The notes under the pieces were generated by a model that was not told the origin of the DNA, did not search any database, and saw only the letters and a program-made list of their open reading frames with translations. Position numbers and translations under genes: made by a program. A stretch of DNA of 64,000 bases from Selaginella moellendorffii (Eukaryota > Plantae > Lycopodiophyta). The first letter of the stretch is position 1; each line of letters opens with the position of its first letter. Of the stretch, positions 12,693-24,400 are shown one piece after another. Location: assembly GCF_000143415.4 (NCBI RefSeq), contig NW_003314263.1, forward strand, positions 1,762,749-1,826,748. The letters are read 5' to 3'.

Positions 12693-15460
12693 AAATGAAA
12701 ACAACTACAAAAGGAGAAGGATGTTAGATCAAAGAGAACAAGACATGAGGAACATGAGATCCAGGATGACAATCAATTTAACCTTCAGATAGAGATTTCC
12801 ACAGTGACAACTCTACTGTCTTCACAACTAGATAGCTTCAGTCCACATGCACCCCCATTTTTGCCACCACTACTATCGATGCCACCATCACCATTACCAT
12901 TGCCACCACCTTCACCACCATTGCCACCTCTACCTTCATCACCACCATTACCACCACCCCTATCGTCACCATTACCACCACCACTGCCACCATCATCACC
13001 ACCAGTAGCACCATTGCAACCATTGTCATCACTACCATTGCTGCCACAACCACAAATGCCACTACTTTTAACATATTCACAAAATATGGCAGAAACTAAT
13101 TATATTACGGAACAGTGCTTAGGTGCACCTAATGGGGGTGATTTGGGGGTTAAATCTGATAATGGTGCTACTGGAGGTGTAGTTGAAGGTGAAAGGGAAG
13201 TGGAGGTACCTGAAGACATTGTAGACAAGCTCTTCCAAGAGTTAGTTTTGAGAACCAAACAAAAGGCCATTCACATGACTCTAGAGTCTCTCAAGTGAGA
13301 AGGTCTAGGAGACATGATTCAAGAAATCCCACTATGTCAATTCACTTAGACAAGCACTGTTCAGTTTTCTTCACCTCACTTCGTCAACATAGACATCTAT
13401 AGTTTGTACAAACAAAATGGCCTTGGGACAAACATAGGTATGTTCCTTGTTTCAGTCTTCAAGCCAAGAATGACAAATACCCTCTCGGTGTCACCGGAAA
13501 TCGAGAGGGTTTGGGATGACATTTAGAAAATGAAGTCCTACGAATTTGACAACATGCTTATGAGCCATCCTAGGACTCAACAATTTGTGGGGAAAATGTT
13601 CTACATTATCGACAGGAATCATCACTAATGTGCATGGATGAAGTGCATCAATGAATGCTTCCGAGACAATCCTATCTATCATATTAATGTTTCAGTTGGA
13701 CATGTATACATGAGAGGATCTCTAGATATGGCAAGGTTTGTGATAGCTTGCCACAAAATTAATGCGTAAGTACTTCTCTCTCTTCAATCACTTTTAACAA
13801 TTTGTGTTTTGCAAGCTGGGACAATTTTTAGTGCAAAAACAAAGCCTAATACATGATATCGAGCAGATCCGGTTTCTTGCTAATCTAAACAAGGATGCAA
13901 TCCAGAGCCACTATAGTGATGATTTAGCATCATTTATTTGACATCAATGAGGTCATCAAGATGCCAATAGATGGTACAATAATCCAATGGCTTTTATGAC
14001 AATCATGTGGAGTAAAGTATGTTCTTCTAAGTATACTTCTTGTCATAGAATGTTTGTGTTATCTTCAGCCATTGGTGAAGGTTAGGCAAGATGCATATGC
14101 ACAGTTGCATCGAGCTGAAAATGATCAAGAACTCTTAGAGCATTTAGTTGCAATTGACAAAAAAATCAACATCACAAAGAAGACAAAGGTAAAGAAATTA
14201 CTTAGTGTGGCTAACCCTCAACGCCCAAAGGAGTGGTTTGATATCATAATAGAGATTGCTTGTCATGAAAGTAAGTATTGTTTGCATTTACATGAAGATT
14301 ACTCACAAAAGTTATTTCTTAGTGGGCAAGACTCTAGATGAGATTATTTACAACATCTCAAAGTCAAAGCTTACATATGAGGAACAAATACACATTTTGA
14401 ATGACCTCAATAGAAAACTCAAGGAAGGAGAAAAAGGTTTGGACAATATGATGGAGACTGTGATGAGGAGGACCATTTACATTTCACAAACTATATATGA
14501 AAGGGAAATGTTTCTAGCACCTTTCATAGAGGATGATCTTGAGCAATTTCCATTCAAGGACTTTGTCACTATTAAGCTTACAAAACTCAGAGAGGACTGG
14601 CTGCCAAAGAAGGCTACAAGCACGACTTTATTTGATAAACAACTTGGCTGTTGAGAGGCTGTAAAAGGCAACAATGAAGACATGCTGGATGGCGAAGATG
14701 ATGGCCATGAGAATGTCAACACTGTTGGTGCCAATGGCGAGTGAAGATGGGAGTGAGAACGACTTGCAAAAAATTCCTCGAGACGAAGTGGAGCAAGAGA
14801 ACCAAAACATATAAGAAGTTCTACCTCAACGAAAGCGTGCAAATCCACATTTGGAGGAATTAGTCAACAATGATGATAATCATCCAAGATGTACCCATAA
14901 GCAAGGAACTTCTCGAGATATATTTCTCTTAATTTTCTCCTATTCTTAGTTCTTCAAAATGGTTGTAGCAAAAATTATCGGGAGTAACTTCATTCCAGAT
15001 CGTCTTGATGCCCGAGAAGAGGACCTAAAGGAACTTACATCTACCACACACCACATAACAATATATAATTTTTTCTTAAATTCACATCTTATTTTTGTCT
15101 TCTTCCCTTAGATTTGCCATGTTTCTCCAGTGGCATTCCGTGGTGAAATTGGGATCTTTATTGACTCCTATAGTTCATTGATGGCATCTTTCGAGAAGGA
15201 TGCTATGAATATGGCTATCTGGCAAAAGTGGGAGTGCTTTTGTCAGAAGATCCATAAGCGACCGCTCAAGAGCACAAACTTCATGCTCTTTGACATGCCA
15301 GATGGTCTTCCAGATGCTAATGGTGATGTCCTAAGCTGGAACATCCTGACTAAATATCACTTAAAGGATGCATTCCTTTTGGCAGCAATTCTCCTTCATA
15401 CAACCAGTTAAGTTGCTTTCATTCTCCCGAATGACCCCATTGGATGTCTTGCCTTATGAG
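12693..15460 (+). pseudogene. Multi-exon Pro-rich + ParB-like + MTase-like cargo gene (degenerate copy, 3' truncated by LTR fragment)
   Basis: Poly-Pro exon, FYIIDRNH (ParB-like), NFMLFDMPDG; collinear with 30352-33974. Confidence 0.8.
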
Positions 15461-15464
15461 GGCT

Positions 15465-17305
15465 ATGGAATGAAAGGACTTCATGGGGACTGAAAAAGGG
15501 ATATTGGGGAAGGCGGTTCCCCATGTCTATGGGCATTCTAAAGATGTTAAGGAATGGATTTGTGATGATCACTCATAAATGGATGGCCCAGTCTTTGAGA
15601 GACAGGACTATGATATAAGTGGTGTTGGATCACCGGTGTGACAAAGGTGAATAGGCATGGCTTTAGCATAACAAACTGATATGTCGGTGGTACCTTTGAG
15701 TGTCATTCATAGGATTGGACACGTGGAGCACTTGGACCAAGTGCAAAGGTTGAGTGGTAGGGATGCCATTCTTGGGGCTAGCAAGCCCCAAGTTTGGAAT
15801 AAAACTTATGGAAGCTATGAGTGAGACTCCTCCAAGTGGCCGGAGGTGTGGTTAAGTGACTAAAGTAGAATGGAAATTTTAGTCACTTACATCAATCTAA
15901 TTGTGTATCACAACTCCGGAGAATCCCCTATTTGGCAGTGCACCGAAGCCAACCTCCTCACTTAGAGTCCATGACCATTGAAAAATGATTGTTCTCATAT
16001 TCTAAATCATTAGTGAGTTAGGATTCGAACCCAAGCACTAAATTATTGGGACTCGAACCAACCTCTATATATGCATCTATAGATGGCATCACCCAAGATC
16101 CTATCATGACTCCCTACACCAATGCACCAACTTATACCCAAAACACACTATAAATCACAACTTAAGAATTTAATTCCTCCGAATTGCCAAATCCTTTCAC
16201 TTGACAGATCAGTGATCATGAATGGACTCTTCCATACTTGGCATTATAGGCCACCCCTTTTGAAATCAACACTTTCAATTAAGGTCTTTATTCCCCTAAC
16301 TTGCCAATCTCACTTAGCAAATCACCCAACAAATATAACAAGGTTTTATGCATAAGCGTGTAAGTCCTCAACTATCGACTTTTTTTCAAAGCCATATCTT
16401 TGAACACTCGGGAACTAATTCCCCAACTTCAATAGCCTTGCCTTATAGTAAACTTAAAGACTATGCTTCTGTTGTGCCACTTTATTTTTGTGCATTTTGA
16501 TGAATTATTTACACTTGTCTTTCTAAGTGCTAACTAACCTAGAGTTGTCTTCAGGAACATTGAAGGGGCTTTGTCCCTTAACTTGCTAAAGCCTTTCCTT
16601 TGGCAAGCCTTCTCATTGCTATATGGTCTAACATGATTAATTCCATATTTTAAACTCTTCATGGCATCATGGTTGCCAATAGCAACACATTCAAGCACCC
16701 GTTTGATTTTCCACTCCCAACTTGCATAACCACCCTTGATTATGCTCTTTGATTTCTACAGTTCTATCTCTTTATTACTTATTTTTGGCCTTATATATTC
16801 CTTTTAGTTATTTTCCTCCCGACTAAGAGGGTAGTTTTGCTCTTTCTACCACACCTTAGCACTTCGACTGGGTCTTAGACTAGGTCTCAGATTTGGTCTC
16901 AATCTCAATCTCGGTCTCGGTCTCGGTCTCAATCTTGATCTCGAACTCCATCTCAGGTTTATCTCGGACTCCATCTCGGTCCATCTCAGACTCCATTTCA
17001 GACTCCATCTCAGGTCCATCTTGGACTCCAACTTAGGTATATCTCGAGTCATGTGTTAGTCCTTTTGTGTCCCTTTTCTAGAGATTCACTTTTTGCTTGC
17101 TTCTTGCTTGTTCCTTGAGCACTCCATTGAGAGTTCTAATCTCGCTCTCGACTTTTCAAGTCAGAACTTTAAATCCAAACGTGTTATGCTCATTTGGCTT
17201 TCACTTCAGCCACTATCATGTGGCGGCTCCACTTTGGGGCTCAAGGATTTATGTCTCACAAGTGGTTAAATGGCTAAAGTAGAATGTAAAATTTGGTTGC
17301 TTACA
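15465..17305. mobile_element. Rearranged remnant of the LARD-like LTR family
   Basis: 3' part of LTR ending CTTACA at 15891, then inverted internal sequence and inverted LTR 5' part to ~17259, then another LTR end at 17305. Confidence 0.8.
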
Positions 17306-17349
17306 TGTAGGTCTTTTTATTGGCTAGAGATGTGACGTGATGTTATCTG

Positions 17350-18260
17350 ATATATGCATACCTATGTTTAGTGTTCAGCTTATAATACTCCCCCTGGTGT
17401 TGCAGAAGGATAGTTGGAGTCAATTGCAGTTCTCGTCCGTTTAAGTTGATGGCATTTAATTTGATGGGACGTTTTCCACGATTAACTGCTGACAATGAGT
17501 ATGTCATTATTGCTTCTGACTATTTGCTCTTGTTAACATATCTGCAACTAGTATTAGATACTTCCTCCTCAATCAAGTGGTGTTCCAGCAATTCTGTCCA
17601 AAGTAGGTTCTTTCGAATAATAGTACCGTATTTATGGCTAAGGCATTTCAAGTTTTGACATCTTAGTTGGGGATATGCCACACTTTTACAAGTGTTTATC
17701 ATCCACAATTAGACAATTTAGTGGAACGGCTCTTTCGAACCTTCAAAAAGATAATTACAAAGTACGTGAACTTTCAGCATTTGGATTGAGATGTTATTTG
17801 CAATCTCTTCAGTATGCGTATGTTACAAGAGTGCAGAGTTCTGTTATTGTTTCACGATATAAACTCCTATATGGTCATAATCCAATACTATCAACGAAGT
17901 TGGGTTTACCTTCACGATTGCCACAGGCTACTAATGCTAAGTTGTGGGATCAATATTTGATAAGAATTCTTCCACTTGTCTGAGCAAAGTCTATTAAACA
18001 CCTAGGCCGTGTATAAGTGAGACAACAATGATGCTACAACTCTCATCATTGCTATATGTGAAGTACAAAATTGAGGACTTGATTTAATTTGTTTTCCCTA
18101 TCTTATAATATGTAGTTTATTTAAGGGGCTCTTTGTTCAGTGGAAAGGATTTTATTAGGGTTGTAGCAAGTTGGACCATAAGTTTATGAGTTTCTGTATG
18201 ACATTCAGTAGATTGATCCTCCAAAAATTGTGTATGTGCAACGGCTGAAATGCTTTGCTT
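17350..18260 (+). pseudogene. Highly decayed Ty3/gypsy integrase fragment
   Basis: Remnants MGRFP..NEYVIIASDYL, YHPQ, LQYAY..SRYKLLYGHNPIL with many stops. Confidence 0.6.
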
Positions 18261-18473
18261 TACCATCTAATGGTTGATATTCAATAAAATTAATTTTGTG
18301 TTTATAAATTATGAGCATGTTTATAATCATAAGTTACCATTTTGATTCATTAAATTAATAAATAAAAATAGCACTACTCTTAAGCAAACCAAGCATTTGC
18401 AGTAAATTATTTCCTCAAGAACAGATCATGTTTAGTTTAATGATGACTTTGGGCAACATTGGGTGGACCATAC

Positions 18474-20256
18474 TGTGAGACACAAAATCCCTAGGCCCCA
18501 AAGTGGAGCCGGAAAGGGTGCCACGTGGTAGTGGCTGAAGTGAGAGCCAAACGAGCGTAACACGTTTGGACCAAAAGCTCCGACTTGAAAAGTCAAGAGC
18601 GGGAGTGGAACTCCCAAAGAAGTGCTCGAGGAACGAGCACGAAGCGAGCAAAAAGTGAGGCTCCAAAAAGGGACCCAAAAGGACCAACACATGACACGTG
18701 GAAGTGTCCGAGATGGACTCGAGTTGGAGTCCGAAGTGGAGTTCGAAATGGACTCGAGTTGGAGTCCGAAGTGGAGTCCGAGATGGACTCGAGTTGGAGT
18801 CCGAAGTGGAGTCCGAGATGGACCTGAGTTGGAGTCCGAAGTGGAGTCCGAGATGGACCCGAGTTGAAGTCCGAAGTGGAGTCCGAGATGGACCTGAGAT
18901 GGACCCGAGATGGAGTCCAAGATGGAGTCCGAGGTGGACCCGAGATGGACCCGAAATGGAGTCCGAGATGGAGTCCGAGATGGACCCGAGATGGAGTCCG
19001 AGATGGAGTCCGAGATGGACCCGAGATGGACCCGAGATGGAGTCCGAGATGGAGTCTGAGATGGAGTCCGAGATGGAGTCCGAAGTCGAGACCGAGACCG
19101 GGACCGAGATCGAGACCGAGACCGAGACCGAGATCGGGACCGAGACCGAGACCGAGGCCGAGGCCGAGACCGAGCCCGAGCCCGAGTCCGAGTCCGAATC
19201 TGAGTCCGAGTCCGAGTCCGAGTCCGAGTCCGAGTCCGAGTCCGAGTTCGAGTCCGGAGCCTGAGGGGGTGAAAGCCCAAAGCATTCGTCTCCCAGACCC
19301 TGGGGGGTTTGGTGAGCTCCAAAAGTATAGTAAGGGGGAGGACTGCAGTGGAGCCAGTTTGGCCAGGAAAGGCCAGTTTGGCCCAGGAAGGCCAGACCCA
19401 GTGTTGGGTGATGAGCTGGGAAGTCCAAGACTAGAGTGAATACGGACCGACAAGTGGGGTAGCTTGGTGAAGTGTTCAAGAGCCGGCTCTAGTTCCCCCG
19501 GGAGATCGACTGGCCGATGCTCCCAGTCCAAGTGTGGGTGGCACTACCTACTTGGATACCAGGCATGGCTCAACGGAACCTCGCTCTAAGCCCATGGCTA
19601 GAGCACCTAAAGGCGAAAGGCGGGGAGAGTACCCAGGTGGCTCGCGTAAGGCCACGGTGTTCCGAAATGTTGTCCCAAAGGCCTAGACTGTGGAAAGGAA
19701 GAGGAGCAGCCCTCTGGGGTAGTGACCAAGGACACAGTCGTGTGGTGAGGAAGTCCCAGAGGACCATGGGACTTAGTGGTCGGGCCTGTGGGCCTCGATC
19801 CAGTGGCAGTGTTGGTAAACACGGCCAGGGGCAGAAAGGGACTTGGTAGGAACTGACAAAGGGACTTTGGGGGAAGCCGATTCCCCAGGTCTGTGGGCAT
19901 CCTAAGGATGCTAAGGAGTGGATCTAGGATGACCACTCGTGAACAGATGGCCCAGTCTTGGAGAGACGGGATGGTGATGCAAGTGGTATTGGACCACTAG
20001 TGCAGCAAAGGTGAATGGGCATGGCCTTAGCGTAACGGGCCGAGATGTCAGTGGTACCTTTGGGGTGTCGGTCTTCGGATCGGACACATGGAGCACTTGG
20101 ACCAGGTGCAAGTGTTGAGTGGCATGGATGCCATTCTCGAGGCTAGCAAGTCCCAAGTCCTGAATTGGACTAATGGAGGTTGTGAATGAGACTCCTCCAA
20201 ATGGTCGGAGGTGTGGTTAAATGACTAAAGTAGAATGGAAAATTTAGTCGCTTACA
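18474..20256 (+). mobile_element. Solo LTR (1783 bp) of the LARD-like family
   Basis: TGTGAG...CTTACA termini; 5-bp TSD CATAC at 18469-18473 and 20257-20261. Confidence 0.95.
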
Positions 20257-20600
20257 CATACTCATGATTTTGCAAGTTATAATGCCTGACCTCTTGATAC
20301 TCTTAACAGGAGGCTCCACCAAATTCCAGGAGAGATCATAAGTTACTGCAAAAAACAAGCAATAATAAAAAGCCAATAAAGTGTTCCAAGAATTTCTGGA
20401 CGTGCTATGAGACAATTGTCAATGCCTAGGCTTGAGCTTTGTTGTTGGATACGATCACCCTGAAGAATGGGCTAAGCTTCAGGCTTATGGAAGGACCAGA
20501 GTTAAAATCAAATCGATTTTTTAAAGTTTAAGCCTGTTACCTTCAGCCTTCTCCTCTGCCTTCTCAAAAATTCACGTAGGAGCCACCTTAAACACGCTCT

Positions 20601-20613
20601 TTATATTATAAAA
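20601..20613 (+). promoter_or_regulatory. Orphaned TATA box of the GST gene
   Basis: TATAAAA at 20607-20613, 10 bp before the left TSD; removing 20632-39602 joins it to the GST 5'UTR. Confidence 0.6.
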
Positions 20614-20974
20614 TGCGACCCCTCATTCAATGGGGATGGTCCAAAGTTGAGTTGAGCTCAATTCAACTCAAGTCAACTCAAGTCAACATAGTCAATAAGA
20701 AATATTATAAAGAAGATCTAAATTGAACAAATGAAGGTTTTAGCAAACTTTAAAATATTAAAATACGTAAATATCTAAGTTAAAAGTTTCTATAAGATTG
20801 AATTGTTTAAAAAAGACAAAGTTCATGAGAACCTATCTTTTATAAAACTATATTATTTTATTATGACAACTGTTACAACTGTCATATTTGATTTGACTAC
20901 TTAATATTTTGAATACTTTTACAGTTGTAGATACTATTCCTTTATTCAAAAGATTTTTTAGGGTTCCTGAGAAG

Positions 20975-21223
20975 ATGGGAAGCAAGGAAAATACAAGATC
21001 TGTGAGTAAAAGTTGTAGTGCAAAGGAATGTGAGAATGTTAATTTTGTTTCACTACCACAATTTCTATATTACACTCCTGGTCCTTATTACCCATTTGGG
21101 AATGTGGAGACCACTATCACGATTGATAAAAATGCTCCTGTTACTTCTGAAACAACAGTCCAGAGCAAGAGAAATGAAGAAATGAACAGCACAACGGCAA
21201 GCACCAAGAAATCTACTCCATAA
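20975..21223 (+). CDS. Small ~82-aa transposon cargo protein (SLP..YYTPG..NAPVTSETT family)
   Basis: VSLPQFLYYTPG...NAPVTSETTVQSK...STKK aligns with 8708-8965. Confidence 0.55.
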   Translation: MGSKENTRSVSKSCSAKECENVNFVSLPQFLYYTPGPYYPFGNVETTITIDKNAPVTSETTVQSKRNEEMNSTTASTKKSTP

Positions 21224-21467
21224 AACTTTCCATGACATTTGTAATTTACATATTAATTCATATTAAAAACTCTATTGCTTGCCTATATCGCAATCCTCTC
21301 ATATGATAAGACCAAGGTATATTTTGCAGTGAATCCTCATTAAAAGTTTTTGGGAATTGTTTGTAAATAATGATAAAAGAAATCAAAATCTTTCGAAAGA
21401 CTCAAAAGTAATATCACATCAAAGAATCAACTTTATCTACATTTCCAATACTAAAAGGCAATCTCAC

Positions 21468-24400
21468 TGTGAGACACAAAATCCCTAGGCCCCAAAGTGG
21501 AGCTGGAAGGGCGCCACATGGTAGTGGCCGAAGCGAGAGCCAGACGAGCGTAACACGTTTGGACCAAAAGCTCCGACTTGAAAAGTCAAGAGCGGGAGTG
21601 GAACTCCCAACGAAGTGCTCGAGGAACGAGCACGAAGCGAGCAAAAGGCGAGGCTCCAAAAAGGGACCCAAAAGGACCAACACATGACACGTGGGAGTGT
21701 CCGAGATGGACTCGACTTGGAGTCCAAAGTGGAGTCCGAGATGGACCCGAGTTGGAGTCCGAAGTGAAGTCCGAGATGGACCCGAGATGGAGTTCGAGAT
21801 GGAGTCCGAAGTGGAGTCCGAGGTGGACCCGAGATGGACCCGAGTTGGAGTCCGAAGTGGAGTCCGAGATGGAGTCCGAGATGGAGTCCGAGATGGAGTC
21901 CGAGTTGGAGTCCGAGGTGGACCCGAGATGGACCCGAGTTGGAGTCCGAAGTGGAGTCCGAGATGGACCCGAGATGGAGTCCGAGATGGAGTCCGAGATG
22001 GAGTCCGAGGTGGACCCGAGATGGACCCGAAATGGAGTCCGAGATGGAGTCCGAGATGGACCCGAGATGGAGTCCGAGATGGAGTCCGAGACCGGGACCG
22101 AGACCGGGACCGAGACCGAGACCGAGATCGGGACCGAGACCGAGACCGAGGCCGAGGCCGAGACCGAGCCCGAGCCCGAGTCCAAGTCCGAATCCGAGTC
22201 CGAGTCCAAGTCCGAGTCCGAGTCCGAGTCCGAGTCCGAGTCCGGAGCCTGAGAGGGTGAAAGCCCAAAGCGTTCGTCTCCCAGACCCTAGGGGGTTTGG
22301 TGAGCCCCAAAAGTATAGCAGGGGGAGGACTGCAATGGAGCCAGTTTGGCCAGGAAAGGCCAGTTTGGCCCAGGAAGGCCGGACCCAGTGTTGGGTGATG
22401 AGCTGCCCACTGGGAAGTCCAAGACTAGAGTGAACACGGACCGACAAGCGGGGTAGCTTGGTGAAGTGTTCAAGAGCCGGCTCTAGTTCCCCCGGGAGAT
22501 CGACTGGCCGATGCTCCCAGTCCAAGTGTGGGTGGCACTACCTACTTGGATACCTGGTGTGGCTCAACGGAACCCGCTCTAAGCCCATGGCTAGAGCACC
22601 CAAGGGCAGAAGGCGAGGAGAGTACCCAGGTGGCTCGCGTAAAGCCACGGTGTTCCGAAATATTGTCCCAAAGGCCTAGATTGTGGAAAGGAAGAGGAGC
22701 AGTCCTCTGGGGTAGTGACCAAGGACACAGTCGTGTGGTGAGGAAGTCCCAGAGGACTGTGGGACTTAGTGGTCGGGCCTGTGGGTCTTGATCCAGTGGC
22801 AATGTTGGCAAACACGGCCAGGGGCAGAAAGGGACTTAGTGGGGACTGACAGAGGGATTTTGGGGAAGGCTATTCCCCTTGTCGGTGGGCATCCTAAGGA
22901 TGCTAAGGAGTGGATCTGAGATGACCACTCACGGATGGTTTGCCTAGTCTTGGAGAGCCAAGACTGTGATGCAAGTGGTATTGGACTACCAGTGTGGCAA
23001 AGGTGATTGGGCATGGCCTTAGCGTAACGGGCTGCTATGTCGGTGGTACCTTTGAGTGTCGGTCATGGGATCGGATGCGTGGAGCACTTGGACCCAGTGC
23101 AAATATTGAGTGGCATGGATGCCATTCTCGGGGCTAGCAAGTCCCAAGTCCTAGATTGGACTTATGGAGGTTGTGAATGAGACTCCTCCAAGTGGTCAGA
23201 GGTGTGGTTAAGTGACTAAAGTAGAATGGAAAATTTAGTCGCTTACAATTTGGTATCGGAGCTGTTCCTTAGTCCGACTTTTATTGGTGCTCAAGTATAT
23301 CACCACTAGTGTTGGCATCGGAAGGTCCAAGGAGTGGGCCTATCCTTGAGGAGTAGCAAGTCGGGAAGACATGGCTCTCCATTACAGTTCATGTGTGAAC
23401 TTGTAGACGAGGTGGTGGATAGAAAAGGGCCAATAATGGAATGACTTTGGGATCTTGGGAACAGTGCAAGGTTTTTCTCATTGAGTTGAGGATGTGATCC
23501 GGATGAGCATTTGTCTCAGCAAATTGGCTAAGGTTGTTGTGGTAAACAACTAAAGTTGGGATCACGGGAAAGATAGAGACTCCAAAACAATAAAGGAGTC
23601 ACAAGATTATCCTCATATAGTTGAGGTTGGTGCTCATGAATGTGAGACCAGAGGTAATGACCGTGGGAGGTCAAATACGGAAGACGACTCAAGTCCTTGA
23701 AATGGTAGCCGGGGCTACCTTTAATAAATGCTGGAACAACCCAAGGAGTTGGGGGGTGTACTTAGAGATGAGTGGTATTCTCATCGCATGGACAAGTAGT
23801 CCTAAGGGGCAAAAGTTGCCCCTAGAGAACAAAATCAAGTGTCGGAGTAACACTTGTGAAAATAGTCCTTTTGAGTAGGACAGGAATGCAAGAAGTGTAT
23901 TCCAGTGAGCTAGTGCCTCACAAGTAAAACCTTACGGGTCTGTGGATTAACCAAGTCCAAAACTGTTGGATGACTCAAGTAGAGTCAAGGGATGGTCCTA
24001 AAAGGACTGATGGAAGCATTTGGACTAAAGTGTGTTGTACCCCACAAAGGATGGGGGGGGATCATAGGATCCAAGGATGAGAACAAAGGGTATCTTATCG
24101 ATGGCAAAATGTGCCATGCTAAAGTTATGGGAAAGGTGTTCCTAGAAGAAAACAACTTTGACACAAAGTTGTGTGTGACCTCTATGGTGTAGTGCTAACG
24201 GATGGTTGGCATAAAAAGGGCGGTGTTGGTCTTGGCAAAGACTTAGACACGAAGGGAAAGTGTCATAGAGGTAGGCTCGTGGAGCCGATGGTGTGGAGAC
24301 ACCAAATGTGCCAAGGTGTGATACCTTGAGGCTATGTTGGTGGGTTCATGAGAACCACTTACCAAAGGAATCCCAATGGAAATGGGAATGGCATAGCCTA

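Larger units (their letters stand above)
9620..15460 (-). mobile_element. Older, inverted, internally deleted copy of the MULE-ParB-MTase element
   Basis: 9620-9724 is the reverse complement of 39241-39345. 10080-11745 matches transposase 37125-38790; 13200-15460 matches the cargo gene at 31100-33560. Confidence 0.85.

Noticed and set aside
18700-19260. CRISPR-like appearance of regular repeats
   Set aside because: Tandem units without unique spacers, inside eukaryotic LTRs; no cas genes.
18415-19531. Long low-complexity ORFs (SDSDSD, RSRSRS, LGLGLG), also at 21414-22525, 27236-28367, 47221-47622, 61544-61881
   Set aside because: Open in nearly all frames because they translate the stop-free LTR minisatellite; not genes.
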